63,932 bases of DNA, filler included, from Octopus bimaculoides (GCF_001194135.2; 8 parts of 8 records of this genome joined end to end with filler, not necessarily neighbours in it); one strand, 5' to 3'; positions 27,336-37,449 are shown, counted from the whole stretch's first letter. The notes: generated by a model from the letters alone, not told the origin. Program-made: numbers and translations.

Positions 27336-28054
27336 GAATGTTAGAGAATGCACAGTAAAGAAGGTGAGAAAGAATGACAGAAGGATTAAGAAAGGACGGG
27401 TGTGAGAAGATTGAGAAAAGAAAGACACAAAATGAGATAAAGACAGGAGAAAAAGGCATGCATACATACATACATGTATGTATGTATGTATGTATGTATG
27501 TATGTATGTATGCATGCATGTTTGTTGGTTGGTTTGTATATATGTATGCATGTTTGTTTGGTTATTTGTTTGTATGCATGTATGTATGTATGTATGAATG
27601 TATGTATTGATGGANNNNNNNNNNNNNNNNNNNNNNNNNNNNNNNNNNNNNNNNNNNNNNNNNNNNNNNNNNNNNNNNNNNNNNNNNNNNNNNNNNNNNN
27701 NNNNNNNNNNNNNNNNNNNNNNNNNNNNNNNNNNNNNNNNNNNNNNNNNNNNNNNNNNNNNNNNNNNNNNNNNNNNNNNNNNNNNNNNNNNNNNNNNNNN
27801 NNNNNNNNNNNNNNNNNNNNNNNNNNNNNNNNNNNNNNNNNNNNNNNNNNNNNNNNNNNNNNNNNNNNGACTTAACACCGGCAGCAATTATTACTGAAAA
27901 TTTAATTGTTCTGGGTTTTGATGTTTCCGCTTTTCGATACAAGTTAAATTTGTTTTTACTTTTAAGAAAACAGAGCTTTGCAAGTAATACATATTTAGCC
28001 TTAATAAAGCTTATAAACACTGAGGTTCTGATATTTAATACAATGTAATAGTTA

Positions 28055-28200
28055 ATTGCAGCGTGGAAGGTGTTTATAAGCCATTTAAAATAACACACAA
28101 AAGCCGCCAGATTCACTTCAACATTTAAATTTAATTTGTCAAAATATTTTCGTCGCTTTGAGACCGCGACCTGTTCACTAACAAAATTCCGTGCTGTAAT
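28055..28200 (-). repeat. Short interspersed repeat, same family as 39470-39970, carrying a hammerhead-like motif
   Basis: GTGGAAGGTGTTTATAAGCCATTTAAAA...GAGACCGCGACCTGTTCACT...TTCCGTGCTG shared with both 39.5-40 kb copies. Confidence 0.9.
28135..28185 (-). ncRNA. Candidate minimal type-I hammerhead ribozyme, G3-C8 core variant
   Basis: TTTGTTA-GTGAACA-G-GTCGC(GGTCTCAAA)GCGAC-GAA-AATATT-T-TGACAAA: 7-bp stem I (one G-U), 5-bp stem II, palindromic stem III. Folded by eye. Confidence 0.6.
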
Positions 28201-28516
28201 AATTAACACCTTTGTAAATATGCAAGTTGCAGGAGAATTCTCAGTGGCATCGACCAGAGAAAATACGAAGCAAAGAATAATGACAGCGAAAAACTTCAAA
28301 TTTGATGGTTAGTTATTGTTGACTAGAAATTAAATGCGGAGTGATCGAGTAAAAACAAACACATTCATGAAATGAAGAAAGAGGCTATGCGAGTGAAAAT
28401 AGATATAATGATATACAGAGTGACGCGAATAGGTGGTAAAATCTAAATAAGGACTATTTGCTAATTGTGATCATTCTTTCGAGTATAAGTTTGAAAAATT
28501 TCATTCAGAGCAAACG

Positions 28517-28571
<55 letters not shown>

Positions 28572-28949
28572 TTACATGTGTAAGTGTCTATATATATGAT
28601 ACATCGCGTATTTTCTGATATAAAAGGTGCAATCCAATCTTGGCAGGCCTAATCTGCGAGAATGAAACTGTTGCTAACCCCAAAACCCCAACCTGAATAT
28701 CTCACACATTTTCACGTAAAGAAGCCGTGAAACTTTAGGCTGACAGGTTTTGGTAAGCTGTTAGGCTAAGTAACAATACTTACCTTAACACTACCAAATA
28801 TTACCTCTGATCACCACCGTCAGCAGTACTGTCCATCGTTAATAAAACTACTCAATTCTATACAAGCCTCACCTACACATTTAAGGCGCAAGATGACTTT
28901 TGGAGGCAATTTAGGGGGAAACAAAGTGTGCTATGCCATAAAATACAAT

Positions 28950-29325
28950 ATACATACACTCACATGCAAGCACAAAAGCACATATACATGTATATTAATA
29001 GAATCACAACGTATGGGTACACTGCGGCATAATTTATTTTCCTCAACAGGCCCTGCCCTGTTTAACATTGTCCCGAAACAGATAAAAGAGAAAACAGATC
29101 CTATCAGCTTTAAACTGTGTCTAGACAGCTTTCTTCAAAGAGTACCAGACAAGCCACCCATACCTGCATACAACTCGCTCAATAAGAACTCACTACTTGA
29201 ATGGACCATAGACCAAACTTGACTGTCAAAAGAATTTAGATAATCCTATCAGGTGGTGCTATTAAGTTAGACATGGCCTGGACCAATCTTTGGTCGAAAC
29301 ATATCTAAGTTTATCTAAGTTTATA
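28950..29325 (+). mobile_element. CR1/L2-group-like LINE 3' end
   Basis: LRHNLFSSTGPALFNIVPKQIKEKTDPISFKLCLDSFLQRVPDKP resembles the post-RT C-terminus (F..GP.LFN.LP..I....SFK..LD.FL..IPD.P); ends in ATCTAAGTTT tandem tail. Confidence 0.7.
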
Positions 29326-29533
29326 TATATATATANNNNNNNNNNNNNNNNNNNNNNNNNNNNNNNNNNNNNNNNNNNNNNNNNNNNNNNNNNNNNNNNN
29401 NNNNNNNNNNNNNNNNNNNNNNNNNNNNNNNNNNNNNNNNNNNNNNNNNNNNNNNNNNNNNNNNNNNNNNNNNNNNNNNNNNNNNNNNNNNNNNNNNNNN
29501 NNNNATATATATATGTATATATATACATATATT

Positions 29534-30760
29534 TAGCTAAAAGAATTTGCACCATTGTCTCTGACCCAACCACTCGAGAAATACGCTTACAAGACCTAAA
29601 AAAACACCATTACAACGCCAATATCCCTCCACACTCATAGACTTTGGAATAAAACGTGCCAAGGAACTTAACAAAAACACACTAAAAACCAACCAACACA
29701 ATAACACACCCAACCCCAAAATACTTCCATACATCTCCACCCACAATCCCCAAAACATCGAAGCATACACCACAATCAAACAAAACCTCTCTTTACTCAC
29801 CACAGACCCGAAAATGAACAATATCATTAATACACACAAAGTCCTTAAATGCAAAAGGCAACACAAATCTTTGAAAAAACTCTTAAACAAAGCCAAACTA
29901 CATACACCACTTCCACCCCCATCAGTTACAAAATGTGCACGCCCTAACTGTGGTACCTGCCCCTACCTACTTGAAGGCTCTGAATTTACCTTCAAACGAG
30001 GAACAAAGTTTAAAATCAAGACCAATTTCTCTTGTTCCTCTGGGAACCTCATTTATGTCCTCACGTGCGCAGGTTGCCAACACAACTATATTGGACAGAC
30101 GAGCCTGCCTTTGCGTAGAAGAGTATCAGTCTATAAAGAACAAATAAATCTCCCACAACACCGCCAAATTCGACTCAGTGGCCACATAGACTCTTGCGCC
30201 AGAAGCAAAAACCCTAAATTCCTTATATTCCCTTTCTATTAATGTAAAGACAGAATCTCCACACAAGAAAGAATCCGCAAGGAGAATCATTTTATAAACA
30301 AATTCCAACCACTTCTTAACACACAAACCCCTGATATTTCTCTAAGAACAGACATAAACTTCCTGTTGACAAAGGGTCCAGACCTCCAAGTAAAGATTAT
30401 GAAACCCACAGAATTGTCTTCCCTTACACACAATTTCTGCTTTGACTCCACATTTCCTGCTTAACACATAAACTTTCAGCCCCTTTTTTTTTAAAACAAA
30501 ACACAACTCTCAAGTTCATGCATCCTAATCTTTCTAACAATTATCTACATGGATTACCATTGAACTTTAAAAGCTCAAAAATAATATAATGTATTGGTAT
30601 ATTTATTTTTTTATATATTATTTTTTACTTATTTATTTTTTTGTAAAAAACATTTTCATTCTCCCTCTTCTTGAAAATTTGCCATGCAATGAAAGCCGGT
30701 TAGAAGTCCTTTTTACATATCTATATTAAAATATGCTTTCAGTTTAGCATTCTGCCTTAT
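29534..30760 (+). mobile_element. Penelope-like element, 5' part missing or in gap: RT thumb/linker + GIY-YIG endonuclease pseudo-ORF and 3' tail
   Basis: LAKRICTIVSD...RLQDLK/(frameshift in A-run ~29598)QRQYPSTLIDFGIKRAKE...LPYISTHNP...KC.RPNCGTC...NLIYVLTCAGCQHNYIGQT...H; stop at 30240, then ERIRKENHFINKFQPLLN (to 30320). Confidence 0.93.
30667..30706 (+). ncRNA. Candidate minimal hammerhead, U3-A8 core variant, in Penelope tail (probably degenerate)
   Basis: CTTC-TTGAAAA-T-TTGC(CAT)GCAA-T-GAA-AGCCGGTT-A-GAAG. Confidence 0.45.
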
Positions 30761-31118
30761 TATTATTTTTCATTTTCCTACACACACATATATATATATA
30801 CATATATAAAGGTCATAAGAAGTAATGGTGTCAGCAAGACCCAAAGGTGTCACGCAATGGTGAGTAAATGCTATGGATAGACCACAGTTAAGCTCCAGGT
30901 TCGGTGGTTATGCGAATAAGGGGTCCAACGTAGGTCATATATCAACGTGTGAATATAAGGATTTAGTTTTCGTAATGACGAAGGGTGTGTATAATATAGA
31001 ACATTTATAAATAGAATGCCTATTTATAAATGTTCTATATTATACACAGCCTTGGTCTTTTATCTCATTACGAAAAGTAAATCCCTATATANNNNNNNNN
31101 NNNNNNNNNNNNNNNNNN

Positions 31119-31386
31119 GTTCTATGTTTAAGAGATAAGGAATTATGTACATTATTTACAATCGACAGATGTTTGTCCTCATCTTGTTTGTCGTTAACAC
31201 AATGTTTCAGCTGATACACCCTCCAGCCTTCATCAGGTGTCTTGGGGGAAATTTCGAACCTGGGTTCTCATTCCTAAGGTATTTTTCGATGTTATCATTA
31301 TTATTCAGGTCACTGCCTGGAATCGAACTCGGAATCTTGGGCTTAGTAGCCCGCGCCCTTAACCACTACGCCATATTCCCACGGGC
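31119..31386 (-). mobile_element. tRNA-headed SINE-like element containing a hammerhead motif
   Basis: Head TGGCGTAGTGGTTAAG (A box) ... GAGTTCGATTCC (B box); downstream CTGATGA...GAAAC motif. Confidence 0.8.
31196..31241 (-). ncRNA. Candidate minimal type-I hammerhead (canonical C3-G8 core)
   Basis: GACAC-CTGATGA-A-GGCTG(GAGGGTGTAT)CAGCT-GAA-ACAT-T-GTGTT: stems I and II form with G-U pairs; stem III is one change from palindromic ACGT. Confidence 0.6.
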
Positions 31387-31422
31387 ATATGGCGTAATGG
31401 TTAAGAGTGCGAGCTACTAACT

Positions 31423-31539
31423 CTACTGCAGCTTGTAGCCCCAGGAAGTGGTTCTCAATGCAAATATATAATAGGGCACAGAACATGTGTCAATAGCCAG
31501 CTAGATGAGGTGTCTTCCTGGGGCTACAAGCTGCAGTAG
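31423..31539. repeat. 117-bp element with perfect 26-bp terminal inverted repeats
   Basis: CTACTGCAGCTTGTAGCCCCAGGAAG (31423-31448) / CTTCCTGGGGCTACAAGCTGCAGTAG (31514-31539). Confidence 0.9.
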
Positions 31540-31651
31540 CATTAACCCTTAAGGTTTAGTTACATTTAGGTGGCAAATATACTTCACGATGTGGTGCAGC
31601 TACTGTTTATACTTCGCTCAGAGATTTATCATTGCTTATATATGTATATAT

Positions 31652-31706
<55 letters not shown>

Positions 31707-31723
31707 TATACTTAGTCATATCG

Positions 31724-32580
31724 AAGGGAAATGGAAATATTAGAAATTTCTGCTACCAGTGGCCTAGCGTGTAAAAAGTTAGTCCAAAGACTATATATTA
31801 TTTATATATATACAGTATACATTTAAACACATAAAAGGTATCCATCATAGGATTTTCTCACGCTAGAAAGAGCAACTAAGTCCCAAACCACTATTAGGGA
31901 TAAACTTTCGAAAGGAATGAAAATAAAATAAAAACATTTACCATCTAGTTTCTGATTTTTATTTTAGCAAATAAAATAATTTGCTAGGTGAAACCTTCGT
32001 CAACAGGTACACCCAAGATTAAAACTAAGATTAAACATATATATGCGAGGCAATCAATTGCATGCCTCATGCTTATACATTCTAATTTTTCAAATCTACC
32101 GCGCAAGCGCAGCTCCTCATCGGCAGTAAATAAAATGCCAGCGGTAAAATACGAAAAAAAATTTTCAATAATTAATAATATCGAAGGAAAATAGAAATGT
32201 TAGAAATTTCCACCACCAGTGGCCTAGCGTGTAAAAGTTTAGTCCATAGACTATATATTATTCATATAAATACAGTGTACATTTAAACACATAAGAGGTA
32301 TCCATCATAGGATTCCTTCAGGCTAGAAAGAACAGCTAAGTTCCAAACCGCTATTGGGGATAAAACTTCGAAGATTTCACCTAGCAAATTATTTTATTTG
32401 CTAAAATAAAAATCAGAAACCAATTGATCCAGGAAACTAGATGGTAAATGTTTTTATGTTTCATTCCTTTCGAAAATTTATACCTAATAGTGGTTTGGAA
32501 CTTAGCTGTTCTTTCTAGCGTTAAGGAATCCTATGATGGATACCTCTTATGTGTTTAAATGTACACTGTATGTATATGAA
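31724..32580. repeat. Direct-plus-inverted partial duplication (A-B, spacer, A, inverted B-A)
   Basis: 31724-31910 recurs at 32183-32373; 32369-32580 is the reverse complement of ~31800-31999. Confidence 0.88.
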
Positions 32581-32586
32581 TATATA

Positions 32587-32701
<115 letters not shown>

Positions 32702-32869
32702 ATAAGAAATTTAAATTTAAAATTAAAATTACGGTTTAGTTTACATTGGTGACATTAAAAAAGCAGTATTCAAAAAGCAGAGCACGTTCACCATTTATGG
32801 CTAACTGGTGTCACCCGGGGTACTGCGCATTCGTCGCTGGATCTATGTCAGCAATTTCTAGGTGCACGT

Positions 32870-33177
32870 TGAGTATATTCTAAATAATTGATACGGATTG
32901 TAAGTTTTATTTAGCACAACAATCGTTTCGGCTGCCTACTGCATGAACCCTAGTGGGTGGAGCACGATGTAATGATATCAGATGCATTAGATGGTGGTGG
33001 TATTATATTGTGGTACACATCATAATACGTCAGCTGATGAGGCTCCTTTGCATTGCGAGATGCATCTGATATTATAGCATTCCCCAAATACTAGAGAGCA
33101 GGGCAAAAGGCAGCCGAAACGATTGTTGTGCTAAATAATGCTTCTAGTTAAACTCCGTCTTCCGTATCAATCATTGA

Positions 33178-33180
<3 letters not shown>
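32870..33180. repeat. Foldback element
   Basis: 31-bp perfect inverted repeat 32907-32937 / 33108-33138; inner IR 32975-32987 / 33060-33072; outer imperfect IR. Confidence 0.88.
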
Positions 33181-33218
<38 letters not shown>

Positions 33219-33470
33219 ACTCTCTCTCTTCCCTTTACACCGGCATGGTCACATGCTTCCGGTCAATAATCCTTTCCTTCCTTGGCTTTCGCCAAGTAAC
33301 ACACGCCACCACTTTGTCTCTCTCGGTTCCGTGCCTCATCGCGTTCATACACACATAATTTTTCTCGTCTNNNNNNNNNNNNNNNNNNNNNNNNNNNNNN
33401 NNNNNNNNNNNNNNTTAATTAATTAANNNNNNNNNNNNNNNNNNNNNNNNNNNNNNNNNNNNNNNNNNNN

Positions 33471-33810
33471 GTGTAGGACACAACAGTTTCACTTTGCTTC
33501 AAAGCTTCAGCAAAGTTTTTGTTTGTGTTATTGTTGTTATTGTTGTTGCTGGTGCTGGTACTGGTATTGGTAGTAGATGTGGTATTTGTGTCAGTGGTGT
33601 TGTGGCTTTTTCCTTCCTCTCTTTCGCTTGCTGCTGGTGAAGGGAGCAAAGGTTGAGTTGAAATGTTGCTGCTGCTGCTGTTGTTGTTGTTGTCGTTGTT
33701 GTTGGTGGTGGTGGTGGTAATGATGTCGTCACCAGAATTGGTGCTGACGTCACATTCTTTGGAAATATTGTCTATGTCCTGCTTTGTAACCTTGGTTACA
33801 GTTTTGTTTT
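33471..33810 (-). other. Candidate low-complexity coding exon
   Basis: Open frame VTKQDIDNISKECDVSTNSGDD...PLLPSPAASEREEGKS...KNFAEALKQSETVVSY into gap; no domain recognised. Confidence 0.3.
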
Positions 33811-33966
33811 TGTTAGATAGATAGATAGGTAGATAGATAGATAAGAACATAAAAAATATAAACACATTATATAAAATATTGATCGTGCAAATTTGGCTCA
33901 ATTTCATATGTCGCTGACTTTATCGCCGCGTCTAATCAACCGTACTCAAATGATAAAAGATTGACA

Positions 33967-34007
33967 GCGAACTCGTAGTTTCGGCTTATTTACCTTCGTC
34001 AGACACA
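33967..34007 (-). ncRNA. Hammerhead-like motif with complete core but weak stem I
   Basis: GTGT-CTGACGA-A-GGT(AAATAA)GCC-GAA-ACT(ACG)AGT-T-CGC. Confidence 0.35.
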
Positions 34008-34099
34008 TATATAAATATATATAGACACATATATACATGTATACATATACATGTATGTATGTATGAATATGTGTGTCTATATATATATGTACGTATACA

Positions 34100-34395
34100 C
34101 ACATACATACATACATACATACATACATACTTACATATTTGCATACATACATACATACATACATACATACATACATACACACACATACATACATACACAC
34201 ACATACATACATACATACATACCTATACATACATACACACATACATACATACATACCTATACATACATACATACATACATACATACATACATACATACAC
34301 ATACATACATACATACATACATACCTATACATACATACATACATACATGCATACCTATACCTACCTACCTACCTAGATACATACATACATACATA
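34100..34395. repeat. (TACA)n tetranucleotide tract
   Basis: Direct reading. Confidence 0.95.
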
Positions 34396-34467
34396 AATAG
34401 TAATTACTTTCTCGTATACGAGCAAAGCCATTACGAGAAAGAATCACTGAAATGAGTAATTGACGAT

Positions 34468-34730
34468 TCAATGTGAGGCCCTTGTATGACTCTTGTGCCC
34501 GGCAAAAGATTTGCATATTCTATTGCATAATGCACAGCTGTGTTGGTTGACTGCATGAACAGGTGCCACAGTATAAATTCTTTTGATATGCATTTTCAAT
34601 CCTCCATCTGAAAGGCACACCTTTCCACAAGTTGCACATATTTTGTTGTGAACAATAGCCATATCGCAATTTACAATGGGTTGATTCCTGTGAGTTCTCT
34701 AATGGCTGACGAGGCCTCCACGACTCAAGC
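34468..34730 (-). mobile_element. Probable LINE (RTE-type) ORF C-terminus with two C2H2-like zinc knuckles, frameshifted
   Basis: CATCGKVCLSDGGLKMH and CALCNRICKSFAGHKSHTRASH; no TGEKP linkers; upstream WR..ENSQESTHCKL in another frame. Confidence 0.6.
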
Positions 34731-35025
34731 AATTCCCTCCCTCAAAACACACACATAAAAAGCAACACTCCCTCATTTTCCTCAGGTTCATTCTTTGTAA
34801 TCTTTCACATGCATATATGCATACATACATACACATATACGATTGATTTCGACTTAGGCAGGAGACATTACCTTGGCTGCAAAAGCTGCCGTATAGTGAG
34901 CTCAAACTTGGATCCACGAAATTATGAAGCGAAATTTTGAACCAGTCAGCAATGATTGTACCCTAACGTTTCGCAGCCATATTGGATTGTTAAGACGATC
35001 GATCATTCGCAATATCTTCCTTATT

Positions 35026-35410
35026 GTTGTTGGCACTCCGTCGCTTACGACATCGAGGGTTCCAGTTGATCCGATCAACGAAACAACCTGCTCGTGAAAT
35101 TAACGTGCAAGTGACTGAGCACTCCACAGACACGTGTACCCTTAACGTAGTTCTCGGGGACATTCAGCGTGACACAGAGTGTGACAAGGCTGGCCCTTTG
35201 AAATACAGGCACAACAGAAACAAGAAGTAAGAGTGAGAGAAAGTTGTGGTGGAAGAGTACAGCAGGGTTCGCCACCATCCCCTGCCGGAGCCTCGTGGGG
35301 CTTTAGGTGTTTTCGCTCAATAAACACTCACAACGCCCGGTCTGGGAATCGAAACCGCGATCCTATGACCGCGAGTCCGCTGCCCTAACCACTGGGCCAT
35401 TGCGCCTCCA
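35026..35410 (-). mobile_element. Family B SINE, full length (copy 1)
   Basis: Reverse complement of the 11470 family; identical to copy 2. Confidence 0.93.
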
Positions 35411-35510
35411 TCTTCNNNNNNNNNNNNNNNNNNNNNNNNNNNNNNNNNNNNNNNNNNNNNNNNNNNNNNNNNNNNNNNNNNNNNNNNNNNNNNNNNNNNN
35501 NNNCCTTATT

Positions 35511-35895
35511 GTTGTTGGCACTCCGTCGCTTACGACATCGAGGGTTCCAGTTGATCCGATCAACGAAACAACCTGCTCGTGAAATTAACGTGCAAGTGAC
35601 TGAGCACTCCACAGACACGTGTACCCTTAACGTAGTTCTCGGGGACATTCAGCGTGACACAGAGTGTGACAAGGCTGGCCCTTTGAAATACAGGCACAAC
35701 AGAAACAAGAAGTAAGAGTGAGAGAAAGTTGTGGTGGAAGAGTACAGCAGGGTTCGCCACCATCCCCTGCCGGAGCCTCGTGGGGCTTTAGGTGTTTTCG
35801 CTCAATAAACACTCACAACGCCCGGTCTGGGAATCGAAACCGCGATCCTATGACCGCGAGTCCGCTGCCCTAACCACTGGGCCATTGCGCCTCCA
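35511..35895 (-). mobile_element. Family B SINE (copy 2; identical duplicate across gap, possibly assembly artefact)
   Basis: Appears base-identical to 35026-35410; ORF-track translations are also identical. Confidence 0.85.
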
Positions 35896-36015
35896 TCTTC
35901 CTTATTATATTCTGTTTAAAAGAAGTCAAATCTATTTTTACTGAAAGCGTTAAACTATAAAATATTGTACGAACTTTGACGGTAATTAACAGGAGACTTA
36001 ATTAACAGATATTTA

Positions 36016-36440
36016 GGTCTTCTTGATCAAGCTTGACCCAGCGGGGGGTGGGGTGGAGCTAAACAACAGCAGCAACAAAAACAACAATGGTAGCAGCAGT
36101 AATGAAATGAACGGCAGCATCGACAATAGCAGTAACTGCTGCTGCTGCTGCGGCAACAACAACAACAACAGAAGCAACAGCGACAATAAAACAGCAGCAG
36201 CAACAAAAGAAACAAAAACAGTAGCAGTATCAGCAGCATCACCACCACCTACAGCAGCGCCAGTAAGCAATAGCAACAGTTGCAGCAACAACAACAACAG
36301 CAGCAGCAGTTACAGCAACAACAGTAGCAGCAACGCCAGTAGCAACAAAAACAAGAACATCTACAATAGCAGTAGCAGCAGCAGCAGTAGCATCATACGT
36401 TGTTGCCAAGAATGTGACAGAAAGGAAATTGAAAACCCTC
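36016..36440 (+). other. Candidate low-complexity (N/S/A-rich) exon or (CAG/CAA)n tract
   Basis: Open frame LIKLDPAGGGVELNNSS...IIRCCQECDRKEIENP after a possible TTTAG|G acceptor; mostly triplet repeat. Confidence 0.25.
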
Positions 36441-36764
36441 NNNNNNNNNNNNNNNNNNNNNNNNNNNNNNNNNNNNNNNNNNNNNNNNNNNNNNNGCCGC
36501 TGCTGCTGCTATTGCAGCTCGTAACACAAGGTGCATTAATAACGAAGTCAAATTTTAGTACAATTCTAGTAATTTGGAGCGGTTAGTCAAATACCATTGA
36601 CCCCAGTACTTGACTGGTACTTTATTTTATCGACTCTGCTGCGACTTGAACACAAAACGCAAAGAGCCGGAAGAAATACCACAAAGCATCAACAAAAGCA
36701 GTTGTAACAACAACAATAACAAAAAATAAAATGTTTTCTTCATAAGCCACAATATCATGTAGAG

Positions 36765-37022
36765 CCATGGTTCTCAACCATTTTTTGCCTATAGACCCCT
36801 TTGATTCCTATTTTACTCGGGTGGGACCTCATAGATATTCGATGTTTAAAAGAAACCTTATTGTATATTTAGAATTAGATATTATTAGGAATTGTATTAA
36901 AAAGATTGATAAAATATTTTGTGTATTGTGAAAGTGTAACCAATTTATTTTACGTAAATTTTGACGACAAAATCTTATATAGATCCCTAAAAGGTCATAT
37001 GGACCCTGGTTGAGAACCACTG
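36765..37022. mobile_element. hAT (Charlie-like) MITE
   Basis: TIRs CCATGGTTCTCAACC / GGTTGAGAACCACTG; 8-bp TSD ATGTAGAG at 36757-36764 and 37023-37030. Confidence 0.9.
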
Positions 37023-37030
37023 ATGTAGAG

Positions 37031-37449
37031 CAATGGTCCTCAACCGGGGCCCATATGGCTTTTGTGTGGCCATAAAAAGTCCATGCAAGCAAAATACTAT
37101 GGCCCCAAAAGGGCCATATAAAATTATTTTGGGAGTCCAGGAACAAATTGGTAAAATGGGTATTTACGGTGATGTTTTAGGGTTCCATGAAAACGTTTTG
37201 CTTTAGACGCACTTATTGCAAGAAACAACTGGGTTTCGTTCGCTAATGCTCAACTTAGTTCAACAAGTCTTTGGTCACTGAAACATGTTCTTTTAGTGAG
37301 TGCTGTTGCAAACCTACACAAGTGATTATGTGAACAAAATAGGGATTTTGAAAGAAATATCTATAAAATCGAATGGCTATGGGGGTCCACCAGAGTAAAA
37401 TGGTAATCAAAGGGGCTTATAGATGAAAAAATAGGTTGAGAGAAATTCA
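37031..37449. mobile_element. Second, more diverged hAT MITE
   Basis: Starts CAATGGTCCTCAACC, ends AGGTTGAGAGAAATTC. Confidence 0.65.

Noticed and set aside
27869-28299. ~140-codon minus-strand open frame
   Set aside because: Overlaps a multi-copy repeat, AT-rich, no recognisable motifs; likely chance.
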